From contig NW_003314295.1 in the NCBI RefSeq assembly GCF_000143415.4, positions 569,764 to 633,763 on the forward strand: a stretch of DNA of 64,000 nt, given 5' to 3'. The notes beneath the pieces are model-generated. The model was not told the origin of the DNA. It worked only from the letters and a program-made list of their open reading frames with translations, and did no database searches. A program made the position numbers and the translations under genes. The DNA is from Selaginella moellendorffii (taxonomy: Eukaryota > Plantae > Lycopodiophyta). The first letter of the stretch is position 1; each line of letters begins with the position of its first letter. Below, piece by piece: positions 62,951 to 64,000 of this stretch.

Positions 62951-64000
62951 TGCCAACTTTTTTTTTTTTGGACCCATTTCTTTCCCTTGCGGCCGTACAG
63001 TATTGGCATCTCAATCAAAGCAGTTGGTCACAACCATATCACGACCAAAACCCCCCCAAGAGAGAATTAGAAACGGGTTTTTGGCCACAAGAAAAAAATG
63101 AGACAAAATGTTTTGGTCATGCGCTTTTTTCGTTGCGTAGCGCCCGAAGTCTAGATGCCCGGTGGACCAGATGATGGATTGTTTTTTTTTCCTTGTGATG
63201 TGTGTGTGGTGTTCTAGAAGCCCGCAAGGCGAGAGGGGAGACCCCGCGTCTATTCTTCGCGAGCGTTGAGCTTCAAAGCAGTTGCCTGTGGGTGGGATTT
63301 TGGGCAAAATCAATTCAAGCCAATCGAGGTTGACACCAGGCACCGCCTTTGTCTGTGTCAACAAGCCCCATCTGGAAAATGGCACCAACCCTTTTCCCCC
63401 TTTCAAAGCTTTTGTGTGGCCGCGTACCACAAGCCCGAAAATGCTGCATGCGCCTCTCTTTCACACGGCAAAAACTACCAAGGATTAGATCCATAGGTCA
63501 CTGAATCTCGTTTCTTTTAAGATGAGATAGGATTAGATAAGGTTAAAGATCACGCCCATGACGTGTGGAGCGAGTGAATGGCCGCCACCTCCGCCACCTT
63601 TGAATCCCCCATTATAAATTTACAGCCAGCCCGTGTGTACTCTCCAACGCGGAGGAGTTTAAACAAAGAATATCCCGGGAAATATATTGCTGTGTCAGTC
63701 AAGGAGCTCTCTCTCTCAAGCAACGAGAAAGAAAAGAAAAGCCTCCCCCAACTCAAAAGCAAACCTAAAAGCTTATCCTCTTATCCTAAAACCGCCAGCC
63801 CGGCAGCAAGCAAATGGGGGGATGAGATCACAGCCAAGATCCCCATCGCGCATCCCCATCCCATCCCATACCACCACACTACCCATTGGATAAGGCCCCC
63901 CGGGCGTTTTTAAAACCCCTCGCACCGACGGCCACGATCGCCCCTGCCCCGGAATGCCCGGCACATCCGACGGCCGCGATGCGCCCCCGGAATGTCGTGC

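Noticed and set aside
63011-64000. Short ORFs at the window end
   Set aside because: No known motifs; the region looks like promoter or intergenic DNA of a gene outside the window.

Overview
Gene-dense plant nuclear DNA. The roughly 45-60 bp GT-AG introns, PLS-class PPR genes built from long runs of 31-aa S-type repeats, and very short intergenic spacers suggest a lycophyte, probably Selaginella (an inference). Recognisable genes, in order: PPR, a pseudogene of a conserved plastid protein, NUP62, HI0933/BaiN flavoprotein, V-ATPase subunit d, METTL7-like methyltransferase, PPR, a conserved unknown protein, a MAKR/DUF1645-like protein, an R3H-associated protein, a vicilin-like cupin, tRNA-Arg(CCG), GRF, two PPRs, TilS/RSY3-like, an ACBP4/5-like Kelch protein, a conserved plastid protein, NUP58, histidinol dehydrogenase (HDH), two rearranged HDH pseudogene copies in inverted orientation, and YAE1-like. 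AT-rich blocks (about 2.2-11.2, 13.0-13.9, 41-42 and 55.5-57.3 kb) look like decayed transposons. Assembly gaps lie at 1940-2039, 5733-5832, 6976-7364, 42256-43158 and 54993-55162. The most interesting observations are the HDH pseudogene inverted repeat next to its parent gene (a possible hairpin-siRNA source), operon-like same-strand gene runs with spacers as short as 53 bp, a PPR/TilS head-to-head pair about 25 bp apart, a probable intron-split start codon, an anticodon-switched tRNA, and a GRF lacking the miR396 site. All exon structures were read by eye and family assignments come from remembered motifs; no searches were run.
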